Program-made: the position numbers and the translations under genes
Source: Acidobacteriota bacterium
Lineage (GTDB): Bacteria; Acidobacteriota; Thermoanaerobaculia; Gp7-AA8
DNA length: 64,000 bases
Reading direction: 5' to 3'
Assembly: GCA_019244185.1 (NCBI GenBank)
Contig: JAFATB010000022.1
Span: 160,001 to 224,000, forward strand
The notes under the pieces: model-generated
What the model was told of the DNA's origin: nothing
What the model saw: the letters and a program-made list of their open reading frames with translations, nothing else
The model's database searches: none
Shown: positions 52,033 to 62,813 of the stretch, piece by piece
How the letters are laid out: each line of letters starts with the position of its first letter
Position numbering within the stretch: the stretch's first letter is position 1

Positions 52033-54246
52033 ATGAGAAAAGCAATCTCGCTCACGCTTCTCACTCTCATCACCGCGATCGCGTTGCCGTCGCACGCCGA
52101 CGAGCGCGACCGCAACCAGTCGTTCATCTCGTTCGACGACGGCGGCACCGTCGTGAAGTCGGGCGACGACGGCCGCGAGATCGACGCGCAGCGCAACCTG
52201 CCGGTGTATCCGGGCGACGAGGTGGTGACGAGCCGCCGCGGACGCGCCGAGGTGCGACTGTCGGATGGCAACGTCCTCGGCATCGATCGCGCGACGTCGG
52301 TGCTCTTCCGCTCGATCCTCGACAGCTATGAAGGCGATGCGGACGAAACGGTCGCCGAACTGAAGTACGGCAAGATCGCCGTGCAGCGCACCGATCTCGG
52401 CCACGATCACGTGCGCCTCGATACGGAGAACGCGAGCTACGTGGCGAACAACGAGGCGATCTACTCCGTCGAGACCGACACGCGCGGCCGCGATCGCGTG
52501 ACCGTGTTCGAAGGCAACGTCGAAGTGCGCACGCCGCGCCGTTCGTCGCGCCTGCGCAACGGCGAGTCGGCGACTGTCGACAACGACGGCGTCTACGACC
52601 TCATCGGCGATCAGCGCGGTGCGGCCGACGACTTCGAGCGCTGGTTCCTCAACCGCGCCGACAAGCTCGGCTCGTACAACTCGCGTTACGTCGACCGCCG
52701 CCTCGGCTACTACACCGACGACCTCGACGAGTACGGCTCGTGGGTGAACGTGAGCGGCATCGGCTGGTCGTGGCGTCCGCACGTGGCGGTCGGCTGGCGT
52801 CCGTACTACAACGGCTACTGGTACCACAGCCGCTCCGGCTGCCTCACGTGGGTCTCGTACGATCCGTGGGGTTGGGGTCCGTATCACTACGGACGCTGGA
52901 CGCTCGACACGTCCTACGGCTGGGTTTGGGCGCCGGGCTACAGCTACTCGCCGGCGTGGGTGTACTGGGCTTACGGTCCGAGCTACATCGGCTGGGCGCC
53001 GTCGGGATACTGGGATTGCTACCGTCCGTACTATGACTGGGCGTATCGCCCGTATCGCCGCGGCGGATTCGACGCCGGCTTCTACGGCCGCATCCGTTTC
53101 AATGAAGTCGATCTGCGTCCCTGGACGTTCGTCGACTCGCGTGGCCTGACGACGAACCGCATCGACCGCGCGGCGCTGACGACGGACGTGATCCGCCAGC
53201 GCATTCGCGGCAACGAAGGCGTTGCGACGGTGAGCGGCGGCGCCGCGCGCTTCACGCGCGAGGAGTTCCGCGATCCGGCGGACGCGATTCGCCACCGCGC
53301 GCTCGAAGGCCGCGACGGACGCACCACCGGCCGCGAGACCGGCGCCGGCTCCGTCGGTCAGGCGAACGACCTCACGCCGTTCTTCCGCCGCGACGACAAT
53401 CTCTCCGGCAACCTCCGCGACCGCATCGTGCGCTCGCGCGGCAACGCGACTCCGGTCGCCGGCGGCGCGGTTGCGCCGTCGCGCGGCAACAACGGTGGCG
53501 GTCTCGCTCCGATCGGTGGCGGCAGCGTGGCGCCCATCGGCGGCGGCAGCGTCGCTCCGATCGGACGCGGTGAGACGGGCGAGCGTCCGAGCAACAGCAG
53601 CGATCCGGGCCGCATCAACCGCGGCACCTGGCGCGGCGGGAACACGACCCCTCGCGATACGACGCAGCCGGGCGATGCCCCGCGTCCGACGCGCATCGAG
53701 CGTCCGGAGCGCGGCGGCGACGGCAACATCGGCCGCGACACCGTCGGCCGCGACAACGGCAGCGGCAGCTCGTGGCGCGATCGCATTCGCGACCGCGGCA
53801 CCGACACGCCGCAGGTGACGCCGGCTCCCGACTCCGCGACGGCGCCGTCGTCCGACCGCTCGCGCGGCAGCGACTCGTGGCGCAACCGCCCGCACGACGA
53901 AGCACCGCGCGCGGGTGAGGCGCCGTCGCCGTCCTCGACGCGCGGCAGCGACGCGGGCAGCAGCGACGTGCCGCGCCGCGTCATCGACCGCATCGGCGGC
54001 GCGCGCGTGTATCCGCGCGACAGCGAAGGCAGCCGTCCGTCGCGCGACACCTCCACGCGCGAGTCCACGCCTCCGCCCTCGCGCGACCGCGGCAGCAGCA
54101 CCCGCGACAGCGGCTCGCGCGACAGCGGCAGCAGCTCGCGCGACCGCTCCAGCAGCCCGCCGCCGTCGCGCTCCAACGATAGCGTCCGGAGCAACAGCGG
54201 AAACAGCGGTCATCGCGAAAGCGGCGGCCGCATCCGCCACGACTGA
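52033..54246 (+). CDS. secreted FecR-like + DUF6600 (Trp/Tyr-rich) protein with disordered Arg/Ser tail
   Basis: Signal peptide, FecR-like beta domain, LDEYGSW...WRPYYNG...PWGWGPYHYGRW, low-complexity C-terminus. Confidence 0.82.
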   Translation: MRKAISLTLLTLITAIALPSHADERDRNQSFISFDDGGTVVKSGDDGREIDAQRNLPVYPGDEVVTSRRGRAEVRLSDGNVLGIDRATSVLFRSILDSYEGDADETVAELKYGKIAVQRTDLGHDHVRLDTENASYVANNEAIYSVETDTRGRDRVTVFEGNVEVRTPRRSSRLRNGESATVDNDGVYDLIGDQRGAADDFERWFLNRADKLGSYNSRYVDRRLGYYTDDLDEYGSWVNVSGIGWSWRPHVAVGWRPYYNGYWYHSRSGCLTWVSYDPWGWGPYHYGRWTLDTSYGWVWAPGYSYSPAWVYWAYGPSYIGWAPSGYWDCYRPYYDWAYRPYRRGGFDAGFYGRIRFNEVDLRPWTFVDSRGLTTNRIDRAALTTDVIRQRIRGNEGVATVSGGAARFTREEFRDPADAIRHRALEGRDGRTTGRETGAGSVGQANDLTPFFRRDDNLSGNLRDRIVRSRGNATPVAGGAVAPSRGNNGGGLAPIGGGSVAPIGGGSVAPIGRGETGERPSNSSDPGRINRGTWRGGNTTPRDTTQPGDAPRPTRIERPERGGDGNIGRDTVGRDNGSGSSWRDRIRDRGTDTPQVTPAPDSATAPSSDRSRGSDSWRNRPHDEAPRAGEAPSPSSTRGSDAGSSDVPRRVIDRIGGARVYPRDSEGSRPSRDTSTRESTPPPSRDRGSSTRDSGSRDSGSSSRDRSSSPPPSRSNDSVRSNSGNSGHRESGGRIRHD

Positions 54247-54266
54247 TTCTGCACGTCATCGAATGC

Positions 54267-54297
54267 AAAAGGCCTCCGCGAAAGCGGGGGCCTTTTT
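54267..54297. terminator. rho-independent terminator (bidirectional form)
   Basis: AAAA-GGCCTCCGC-GAAA-GCGGGGGCC-TTTTT. Confidence 0.88.
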
Positions 54298-54504
54298 CGT
54301 TCGTGCGCTCATCGACGGTTTTCTTGCCGTCGTCCCCGCGACCGGGTAGCATGCCGGGCAACTTCCCAGAAAACTACTCCGCCTTCGCCGCGCTCGCGGC
54401 AGGTATGAAGGCAACGTCCATCCGGGTGAGGCGGGAAACGACGGCATTCGTGCGGTTCCGCGTGCGTCGTCGCAATGGCTGATCGACAGCGTGAAGGAAG
54501 TCGC

Positions 54505-57500
54505 ATGAAAAAGAAGCTTGCGGTTGCAGCAACTCTCCTGGTCACTCTTCTTTGCACTTCATCGGCGCTCGCTCAGGCCACGGCCAACTACGTGTACGCG
54601 ACGAACGTCAGCGGCACGTTCACCGACATGAGCAGCGGCACCACGCAGCTCGTTCCGGCCGGTGCCGACGACGGGGCTTCCGTGTTGACGAACATCGGCT
54701 TCGACTTCGTCTTCATGGGTACGCGCTACGCGCAGTTCAGCGCGAGCTCCAACGGGTACATCCGGCTCGGCGCGGTGGTTTCGACCACGCAGTACGCGCT
54801 GGCCACCGGCGCGCTGCCTCTGATCACGGCGATGGGCTCGGACATGATCGTCAGCACGTCGGGCAAGGTCCACTACAAGGTGACCGGCGCCGCGCCGAAT
54901 CGCGTGCTCACGGTCGAATGGCTCAACGAGACCATCATCTACGACGGCGTCGGCACCAGCACGGACGGCACCTATCAGGTCCGCCTCCACGAAACCACCG
55001 GCCAGATCGAAGCTGTGTACGGCGCGATGAACCGCAACACCGGTACGGGCTTCAGCAACGCGATGAACGCGCAGTACGTCGGCTTCTCGACGACAGCCAC
55101 CGCGTTCGCGACCGTCGACTTCGGCACGAACAGCGAGAACACCAGCGGCACCGCGTTCGGCAACCAGGCCACGCTCGGCGCGCCGATCCCGAACCTCAAC
55201 ACGCCGACGGACGGCTCGCGCCGCGTCTACTCGTTCACGCCGCCGATTCCGAACCCGCCGACGGGACTCTCGTTCACCGGCGTCACGCCGATCGCGATGA
55301 CGCTCAACTGGACCGACTCCTCGAATGAGCTGAGCTATCTCGTTTATCGGTCGACCGACGGCGTGAACTACACGTTCGACGGAACCGCCGCGCTCAACGC
55401 CACGAGCTACAACGCGACCGGCCTCCTGCCCAACACGACGTACTTCTGGCAGGTCTACGCCATCAGCGAAGGCGGCATGAGCAGCCCGCTGAGCGGCAGC
55501 CAGCTGACGCCCGCTGGTGGCAACGTCAGCTCGACCGCGGCCGGCGGCCTCTGGAGCGCGCCCGCGACGTGGGCCGGCGGCGTCGTGCCGACGAGCACCG
55601 ACAACGTGACCATTGCCGACGGCGCGACCGTCACCATCGATACCGCCGCGTCCGCGCTCAGCCTCAACGTCGGCACCGGCGGCGCCGCGGCGGTTCTTCA
55701 ATACGAGACCACCACTGCGCGAACGCTGACGGTCGGCACGAACGTGCTCATCGCCAGCAACGGCACATTCCGGACTGGCGCGGCGGGCTTGGTGACGACG
55801 CACGTGCTCTCCGTCGGCATCAATCTCACGAACAACGGCGTGCTCGACTTTTCCACCAACGCGAACACCGCCGGCGCGACGATCACCTTCACCGGCCCGA
55901 ACAACACGACGTTCTCCGGCTCCGGCGCGACCACCGACATCCGTCAGATCACCGTGAGCAAGGGCACGACGGCGACGACGGTCGTCGAGATCACGACGTC
56001 GAACCTCACCGTGCAGGGCGTCACGACGGACGTCGCCGGCTGGCTGGTCTTCGGGACCGGCGGCACGTTCAAGCTCTCCGGCACGTTCGCCGGCACCAAC
56101 CGCGTCTTCACCGGCGCGTCCTACACGATCCCCACCACGGGCGCGTTCTGGCTCAACAACCCGAATTACACCGTCGCCGGACAGAACGGCTCACCCACGC
56201 TTGCCGGATTGCTGCGCATCACGCAGGGCACCTTCAACATCGGTACGGCCACCGGCAACTCGATGGGCTTCAGCGCCGGCAGCACCGTCATCATCGAAGG
56301 CGGCGCCGTCAACGCCGCCGGCCGCTTCGGAGTCGCGGCGGCCGGCAACGCGATCAACTACACGCAATCCGCAGGCACGGTGACGGTCTGCACGATCGGC
56401 AACGCCTCGGCCACGCTCGGCAGCTTCGACCTCGGCACATCTCTCAGCTCGAACATCAGTCTGAGCGGCGGCACGATCGTCGCGCAACTGGCGGCGAGCG
56501 CGATCGATTACCGCATGCAGTCGGGCGCAGGCCCCGACTCCATCACCGGCGGCACGCTGCAACTCGGCAATGCCGCTTCCGGCGCCGCGAAGACCTTCAA
56601 TCTGCGCGGCATCATGCCGGCCATCAACCTCACCACCACCAGCGCGAACCACAACGCGACGGTGAGCTCGACGGTCACCGCCGCCTTCACCTTCACTGCG
56701 GCGATGGGCAACATCACCATCGGTGGCGGCACGCTCAATCTTGGCAACACGCCCTTTATCATGTTCGGCCCGTCGCTCACCAACAACGGCACGCTCACGG
56801 CGACCGGTGGAAGCAGCCGCCTCTATTGGGCCGGCAGCGTCGCGCAGACCTACAGCGGCAGCGGTGTGACGACGGCACCGATGACGAGCTTCGAGCTCGA
56901 CAACCCTCTCGGCCTGACCCTCAGCTCGACGAACCAGGTCATCACCGGCCGCATCATCCTCTTCACCGGGAGCATCACCGGCGCCAACAAGATCACGCTC
57001 GGCAACGGCGGCGCGACGAGCGGCATCGTGCAGATCGGCAACACCACCACGCCCCTCGCCGCCGGCACGCTGGATTCCGCGCCGACCTTCAACCTCGGCA
57101 CCGGCGGCGAAATCATCTCGTATCTGCGCACCACGGCCTCGCGTTCCACCGGCTTCGAGGTGAACCCGACGCGCACACTCACCACGATGACGTACGACGA
57201 CGACAATCCGACGCATACGCTGACGATCGCCGGCGGCGATCTGACCGTCACCGGAGCGAGCAACCTCACGAACGGACGCATCGTCACCGGTGCGAACACG
57301 CTGATCGCGGGCGGAACGGTCGCGCGCACCGCCGGCTACGTCGACGGCAACCTGCGCAAGCCATTCGCCGCCGCGGGCAGCGCGACGTTCGAGCTCGGCA
57401 CCGCCAACGGCTACACGCCCGTCACCTTCAACGCCACCGCGGGCACGTTCCCGACGAACGTCACGATCGCCGCGATCCAGACCGCGGCTCCCGGCATCCA

Positions 57501-60500
57501 GCCGGCCAGTCAGGTCATCACGCGCTACTGGAACCTCACGGCCTCCGGCGTCACGGCGGACGTCACGTTCAGCTATCTCGATCCGACGGACATCCCGGTC
57601 ACGGTGCCCGAGGGCGGGATGCACGTGTTCCGTCACGAGTCGGGAAATCCGGCGGACTACTCGGATCAGGGCGGCGTCATCAACACCGCGGCGAACACGG
57701 CGACCGTCAGCGGCGTGACGTCGTTCTCCGCGTGGACGCTCGCCACGCCGGGCGCGGAGCTCTCGATCACGAAGACCGACGGCGTGACCAACGCGACGCC
57801 CGGCGGCAGCGTGACCTATACGATCACCGCTGGCAATAACGGTCCCGGCGCGAATACCTCGGCGGGCGTGACGGACACGTTCCCCGCCGGTCTCACGTGC
57901 TCGACGACCTGCACCGGCGCCTTGGGCGGCACCTGCACCGCCGGTCCGTTCGCCGGCAACATCAACGATCTCGCGAACATCCCCTCCGGCGGCACGGTCA
58001 CCTACACCTCGACGTGCACGGTCGACTCGTCGCTCACGGGCACGCTCTCCAACACCGCGAGCGTCGCTCCGGGCGCCGTCAACGACTCGTTCGCCGCCAA
58101 CAACTCCGCCACCGACAACGACGCGCTGGCGGCCAGCGCTGACTTCAGCATCACGAAGACCGACGGCGTGACCACCGCGACGCCGGGCGGCTCGGTGACG
58201 TACACGATCACGGCGAGCAACGCCGGCCCGAGCGCCGGCTCCGGCGTGACGGTCGCCGACACGTTCCCCGCGGTGCTCACCTGCACGTGGACGTGCGTCG
58301 GCGCGGGTGGCGGCACCTGCACCGCCTCGGGCTCGGGCAACCTCAACGACTCGACGAACCTGCCGGTCGGCGGCAGCGTCACCTACACCGCGTCGTGCTC
58401 GATCGCCTCTTCAGCGACCGGGACGCTCAGCAACACCGCGACCGTCGCCGCGCCGGGCGGCATCAGCGATCCGACGCCGGGCAACAACTCCGCGACCGAC
58501 AGCGACACGCTCGCGGCGAGCGCGGACCTGTCGATCACGAAGACCGACGGCGTGACGACCGCGACGCCGGGCGGTTCGGTGACGTACACGATCACCGCGA
58601 GCAACGCCGGTCCGAGCAATGCGCTGGGGTCGACGATCGCGGACACGTTCCCCGCGTCGCTCACGTGCACCTGGACCTGCGCGGGACTCGGCGGCGGCAC
58701 CTGCACCGCGTCCGGCTCCGGCAACATCAACGGCTCGGCGAACCTGCCGAGCGGCGGCAGCGTGACGTACACCGCGAGCTGCAACATCTCCGCGAGTGCG
58801 ACCGGAACGCTGAGCAACACCGCAACGGTCGCGGCGCCGGGCGGCGTCACCGACCCGACTCCGGGCAACAACTCCGCGACCGACAGCGACACGCTCGCCG
58901 CGAACGCGGACCTGTCGATCACGAAGACCGACGGCGTGACGAACGCGACGCCGGGCGGCTCGGTGACGTACACCATCACCGCGAGCAACGCCGGTCCGAG
59001 CAACGCGTCGGGCTCCACCGTCGCCGACACGTTCCCGGCATCGCTCACGTGCACGTGGACCTGCGTCGGCGCGGGCGGCGGCACGTGCACGGCGGCGGGC
59101 TCCGGCAACATCAACGACACGACGAACCTGCCGTCGGGCGGCGCCGTCACCTACACCGCGTCGTGCACAATTTCCGGTGCAGCGTCGGGAACGCTGAGCA
59201 ACACCGCGACCGTCGCCGCGCCCGCGGGCGTGACGGATTCCGCTCCGGGCAACAACTCCGCGACCGACTCCGACACGCTCGGCGCGAACGCCGATCTGTC
59301 GATCACGAAGACCGACGGCGTGACCACCGCCACGCCGGGCGGCTCGACGACGTACACGATCACCGCGAGCAATGCCGGCCCGAGCAGCGCGGCCGGCTCC
59401 ACCGTCGCCGACACGTTCCCAGCGTCGCTCACGTGCACGTGGACGTGCGTCGGTGCCGGCGGCGGCACGTGCACGGCGTCGGGTTCCGGCAACATCAACG
59501 ACTCGGCGAATCTCCCGTCGGGCGGCAGCGTCACCTACACCGCGTCCTGCACCATTTCCGGTGCAGCGAGCGGAACGCTCAGCAACACCGCCACGGTTGC
59601 CGCACCGGCCGGCGTGACGGATTCGAATCCGGGCAACAACTCCGCGACCGACAGCGACACCCTCGGCGGGACCGCGGACCTGTCCATCACGAAGACCGAC
59701 GGCGTGACGACCGCGACGGCCGGCGGCTCGGTGACGTACACAATCACCGCGAGCAACGCCGGCCCGAGCAACGCCACCGGCGCAACTGTCGCGGACACGT
59801 TCCCGGCGTCGCTCACGTGCTCATGGACGTGCGTCGGCGCGGGCGGCGGCACGTGCACGGCGTCGGGCTCCGGCAACATCAACAACAGCGTCAATCTGCC
59901 GGGCGGCGGCAGCGTCACGTACACCGCGAGCTGCACCATCTCCAGTTCCGCCACCGGGACGCTCAGCAACACCGCAACGGTGGCCGCGCCGGCCGGAATG
60001 ACGGAGTCGAACCCCGGCAACAACTCCGCGACCGACAGCGACACGCTCGTCGCGAGCGCCAACCTATCGATCACGAAGACCGACGGCGTCACCACGGCGA
60101 CGGCTGGCGGTTCGACGACGTACACCATCACCGCGAGCAACGCCGGCCCGAGCAACGCATCCGGCGCCACCGTCGCGGACACGTTCCCGGCATCGCTCAC
60201 GTGCACGTGGACGTGCGTCGGTGCCGGCGGCGGCACGTGCACCGCGTCGGGCTCCGGCAATCTCAATGACACCGTGAATCTGCCGTCCGGCGGCAGCGTG
60301 ACGTACACCGCGGCGTGCACAATTTCCGGTGCAGCGACTGGGACGCTCAGCAACACCGCAACGGTCGCCGCGCCGGGTGGCGTGACCGATCCCACGCCGG
60401 GCAACAACTCCGCGACCGACAGCGACACGCTCGGCGCGAGCGCCGACCTGTCGATCACGAAGACCGACGGCGTCACCACGGCGACAGCCGGCGGCTCGAC

Positions 60501-62478
60501 GACGTACACGATCACCGCGAGCAACGCCGGTCCGAGCAACGCATCGGGCGCGACGGTCGCGGACACGTTCCCCGCATCGCTCACGTGCACGTGGACGTGC
60601 GTGGGCGCGGGCGGCGGCACGTGCACCGCGTCGGGCTCCGGCAATCTCAACGACACCGTGAACCTGCCGAGCGGCGGCAGCGTGACGTACACCGCGGCGT
60701 GCACAATTTCCGGTGCAGCGACGGGAACGCTCAGCAACACCGCGACGGTCGCCGCCCCGGGCGGCGTGACCGATCCGACGCCGGGCAACAACTCCGCGAC
60801 CGACAGCGACACGCTCGGCGCGAGCGCCGATCTGTCGATCACCAAGACCGACGGTGTCACCACGGCGACGGCCGGCGGTTCGACGACGTACACGATCACC
60901 GCCAGCAACGCCGGCCCGAGCAACGCGACCGGCGCAACCGTCGCGGACACGTTCCCCGCTTCGCTCACGTGCACGTGGACGTGCGTGGGTGCGGGCGGCG
61001 GCACGTGCACCGCATCCGGCTCCGGCAATCTCAACGACACCGTGAACCTGCCGTCCGGCGGCAGTGTGACCTACACCGCGGCGTGCACGATTTCCGGTGC
61101 AGCCACGGGAACGCTCAGCAACACCGCCACGGTCGCCGCGCCGGGCGGCGTGACCGATCCGACGCCGGGCAACAACTCCGCGACCGACAGCGACACGCTC
61201 GGGGCGAGCGCCGATCTTTCGATCACGAAGACCGACGGCGTCACCACGGCGACGGCCGGCGGTTCGACGACCTACACGATCACCGCGAGCAACGCCGGTC
61301 CGAGCAACGCCACCGGCGCGACCGTCGCGGACACTTTCCCCGCATCGCTCACGTGCACGTGGACGTGCGCGGGACTCGCCGGCGGCACCTGCACCGCGTC
61401 CGGCTCCGGCAACATCAACGACACGGTGAACCTGCCGAGCGGCGGCAGCGTCACGTACACCGCGAGCTGCTCGATCTCCGGCAGCGCGAGCGGAACGCTG
61501 AGCAACACCGCAACGGTCGCCGCGCCGGGTGGTGTGACCGATCCAACGCCGGGCAACAACTCCGCGACCGACACCGACACGCTCGGCGCGAGCGCCGATC
61601 TGTCGATCACGAAGACCGACGGCGTCACGAGCGTCTCCGCCGGCGGCTCGACGACGTACACCATCACCGCGAGCAACGTCGGTCCGAGCAACGCGTCCGG
61701 CGCAAGCGTCGCGGACACGTTCCCCGCGTCGCTCACGTGCACGTGGACGTGCGTGGGCGCGGGCGGCGGCACGTGCACCGCGTCCGGCTCCGGCAATCTC
61801 AACGACTCGGTGAACCTGCCCAGCGGCGCGAGCGTGACGTACACCGCGGCGTGCACGATCTCCGGCTCCGCGAGCGGAACGCTCACCAACACGGCGACGA
61901 TCGCCCCGCCGGGCAGCGTGACCGATCCGACGCCGGGCAACAACTCCGCGACCGACAGCGACACGATCTCCGCGGCTGGCGGAGCGGCGGTGTCGGGCAC
62001 GAAGAGCGTGTCCGGCAGCTTCACCGCCGGCAGCAACGTGACCTACACCATCGTGCTCACGAACAACGGCAGCGGCGCGCAGGGCGACAACCCCGGGAAC
62101 GAGTTCGTCGACGTCCTCCCGCCGCAACTCACGCTCGTTTCCGCGAGCGCGTCGAGCGGCAGCGCCGTGGCCATCGTCGCCACGAACACCGTGACGTGGA
62201 ACGGCGGCATCGCCGCGGGCGGCTCGGTGACGATCACCATCACCGCGACCGTCGAGGCGAATCCCGTCGGGACGACGATCTCCAACCGCGGCACCATCAG
62301 CTACGACAGTGACGGCAACGGCACCAACGACACCACCACGCAGACCGACTCCGCCGGCGGCGGCGCGACGGTCTTCCAGGTCAGTGCCGGCGGCATCCCC
62401 GCGCTCTCGCCCCTCGGCCTCTCGCTGCTGATCGGCGCGCTCGCCGCGCTGGCCGCGGCGGTTCTCAAGCGGCAGTAA
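54505..62478 (+). CDS. giant surface protein/adhesin: FN3, beta-helix-like region, 12 DUF11 domains, IPTL-CTERM-like sorting signal
   Basis: Signal peptide; FN3 (GLLPNTTYFWQV); DLSITKT...TYTITASNAGPS...NNSATD repeats; C-terminal IPALS-TM-KRQ. Confidence 0.9.
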   Translation: MKKKLAVAATLLVTLLCTSSALAQATANYVYATNVSGTFTDMSSGTTQLVPAGADDGASVLTNIGFDFVFMGTRYAQFSASSNGYIRLGAVVSTTQYALATGALPLITAMGSDMIVSTSGKVHYKVTGAAPNRVLTVEWLNETIIYDGVGTSTDGTYQVRLHETTGQIEAVYGAMNRNTGTGFSNAMNAQYVGFSTTATAFATVDFGTNSENTSGTAFGNQATLGAPIPNLNTPTDGSRRVYSFTPPIPNPPTGLSFTGVTPIAMTLNWTDSSNELSYLVYRSTDGVNYTFDGTAALNATSYNATGLLPNTTYFWQVYAISEGGMSSPLSGSQLTPAGGNVSSTAAGGLWSAPATWAGGVVPTSTDNVTIADGATVTIDTAASALSLNVGTGGAAAVLQYETTTARTLTVGTNVLIASNGTFRTGAAGLVTTHVLSVGINLTNNGVLDFSTNANTAGATITFTGPNNTTFSGSGATTDIRQITVSKGTTATTVVEITTSNLTVQGVTTDVAGWLVFGTGGTFKLSGTFAGTNRVFTGASYTIPTTGAFWLNNPNYTVAGQNGSPTLAGLLRITQGTFNIGTATGNSMGFSAGSTVIIEGGAVNAAGRFGVAAAGNAINYTQSAGTVTVCTIGNASATLGSFDLGTSLSSNISLSGGTIVAQLAASAIDYRMQSGAGPDSITGGTLQLGNAASGAAKTFNLRGIMPAINLTTTSANHNATVSSTVTAAFTFTAAMGNITIGGGTLNLGNTPFIMFGPSLTNNGTLTATGGSSRLYWAGSVAQTYSGSGVTTAPMTSFELDNPLGLTLSSTNQVITGRIILFTGSITGANKITLGNGGATSGIVQIGNTTTPLAAGTLDSAPTFNLGTGGEIISYLRTTASRSTGFEVNPTRTLTTMTYDDDNPTHTLTIAGGDLTVTGASNLTNGRIVTGANTLIAGGTVARTAGYVDGNLRKPFAAAGSATFELGTANGYTPVTFNATAGTFPTNVTIAAIQTAAPGIQPASQVITRYWNLTASGVTADVTFSYLDPTDIPVTVPEGGMHVFRHESGNPADYSDQGGVINTAANTATVSGVTSFSAWTLATPGAELSITKTDGVTNATPGGSVTYTITAGNNGPGANTSAGVTDTFPAGLTCSTTCTGALGGTCTAGPFAGNINDLANIPSGGTVTYTSTCTVDSSLTGTLSNTASVAPGAVNDSFAANNSATDNDALAASADFSITKTDGVTTATPGGSVTYTITASNAGPSAGSGVTVADTFPAVLTCTWTCVGAGGGTCTASGSGNLNDSTNLPVGGSVTYTASCSIASSATGTLSNTATVAAPGGISDPTPGNNSATDSDTLAASADLSITKTDGVTTATPGGSVTYTITASNAGPSNALGSTIADTFPASLTCTWTCAGLGGGTCTASGSGNINGSANLPSGGSVTYTASCNISASATGTLSNTATVAAPGGVTDPTPGNNSATDSDTLAANADLSITKTDGVTNATPGGSVTYTITASNAGPSNASGSTVADTFPASLTCTWTCVGAGGGTCTAAGSGNINDTTNLPSGGAVTYTASCTISGAASGTLSNTATVAAPAGVTDSAPGNNSATDSDTLGANADLSITKTDGVTTATPGGSTTYTITASNAGPSSAAGSTVADTFPASLTCTWTCVGAGGGTCTASGSGNINDSANLPSGGSVTYTASCTISGAASGTLSNTATVAAPAGVTDSNPGNNSATDSDTLGGTADLSITKTDGVTTATAGGSVTYTITASNAGPSNATGATVADTFPASLTCSWTCVGAGGGTCTASGSGNINNSVNLPGGGSVTYTASCTISSSATGTLSNTATVAAPAGMTESNPGNNSATDSDTLVASANLSITKTDGVTTATAGGSTTYTITASNAGPSNASGATVADTFPASLTCTWTCVGAGGGTCTASGSGNLNDTVNLPSGGSVTYTAACTISGAATGTLSNTATVAAPGGVTDPTPGNNSATDSDTLGASADLSITKTDGVTTATAGGSTTYTITASNAGPSNASGATVADTFPASLTCTWTCVGAGGGTCTASGSGNLNDTVNLPSGGSVTYTAACTISGAATGTLSNTATVAAPGGVTDPTPGNNSATDSDTLGASADLSITKTDGVTTATAGGSTTYTITASNAGPSNATGATVADTFPASLTCTWTCVGAGGGTCTASGSGNLNDTVNLPSGGSVTYTAACTISGAATGTLSNTATVAAPGGVTDPTPGNNSATDSDTLGASADLSITKTDGVTTATAGGSTTYTITASNAGPSNATGATVADTFPASLTCTWTCAGLAGGTCTASGSGNINDTVNLPSGGSVTYTASCSISGSASGTLSNTATVAAPGGVTDPTPGNNSATDTDTLGASADLSITKTDGVTSVSAGGSTTYTITASNVGPSNASGASVADTFPASLTCTWTCVGAGGGTCTASGSGNLNDSVNLPSGASVTYTAACTISGSASGTLTNTATIAPPGSVTDPTPGNNSATDSDTISAAGGAAVSGTKSVSGSFTAGSNVTYTIVLTNNGSGAQGDNPGNEFVDVLPPQLTLVSASASSGSAVAIVATNTVTWNGGIAAGGSVTITITATVEANPVGTTISNRGTISYDSDGNGTNDTTTQTDSAGGGATVFQVSAGGIPALSPLGLSLLIGALAALAAAVLKRQ
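57757..61980 (+). repeat. 11 tandem 384-bp (128-aa) DUF11 repeats
   Basis: Unit starts at 57757, 58141, 58525 ... 61597 (exact 384 period); a divergent 12th domain follows. Confidence 0.92.
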
Positions 62479-62488
62479 CCACGACTCA

Positions 62489-62516
62489 CGGCGCCCGCTC
62501 GTTCGAGCGGGCGCCG
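62489..62516 (+). terminator. hairpin after adhesin gene
   Basis: CGGCGCCCGCTCG-TT-CGAGCGGGCGCCG; no U-tract. Confidence 0.55.
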
Positions 62517-62570
62517 CGAGCGCCGCCGCAACGGACGCGCGCGCGTCCATTCCTTTAGAATCGCGGCAAA

Positions 62571-62813
62571 ATGTCGCTTCCCCTCTTCTTCGCGCTCTAC
62601 TGCCTCGAGGCGGGGATGTTCTTCACCGCGCTGCCGTGGACGCGGCTCTGGACGCTCAACGCCGTCCTGCACCACAACGCGCTCATCGCGCTCTGGGCCG
62701 ACAATCCGTACGTCCGCGGCTTCGTCTCCGGACTGGGCGTGGTGCACGTGATGGTGGGCGTGCGGGAGTTGGTGCGCCTCAGCCGCGCGCGGCGGGGGAG
62801 CGGCGCGCGGTGA
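62571..62813 (+). CDS. small membrane protein
   Basis: 80 aa with two hydrophobic segments and VRGFVSGLG motif; GTGA overlap with the next gene. Confidence 0.65.
   Translation: MSLPLFFALYCLEAGMFFTALPWTRLWTLNAVLHHNALIALWADNPYVRGFVSGLGVVHVMVGVRELVRLSRARRGSGAR

Noticed and set aside
54300-54504. c-di-GMP riboswitch or other leader RNA before the adhesin
   Set aside because: Plausible location, but no recognisable GEMM consensus (GGCAAA...GAAA...GACGCAAAG)
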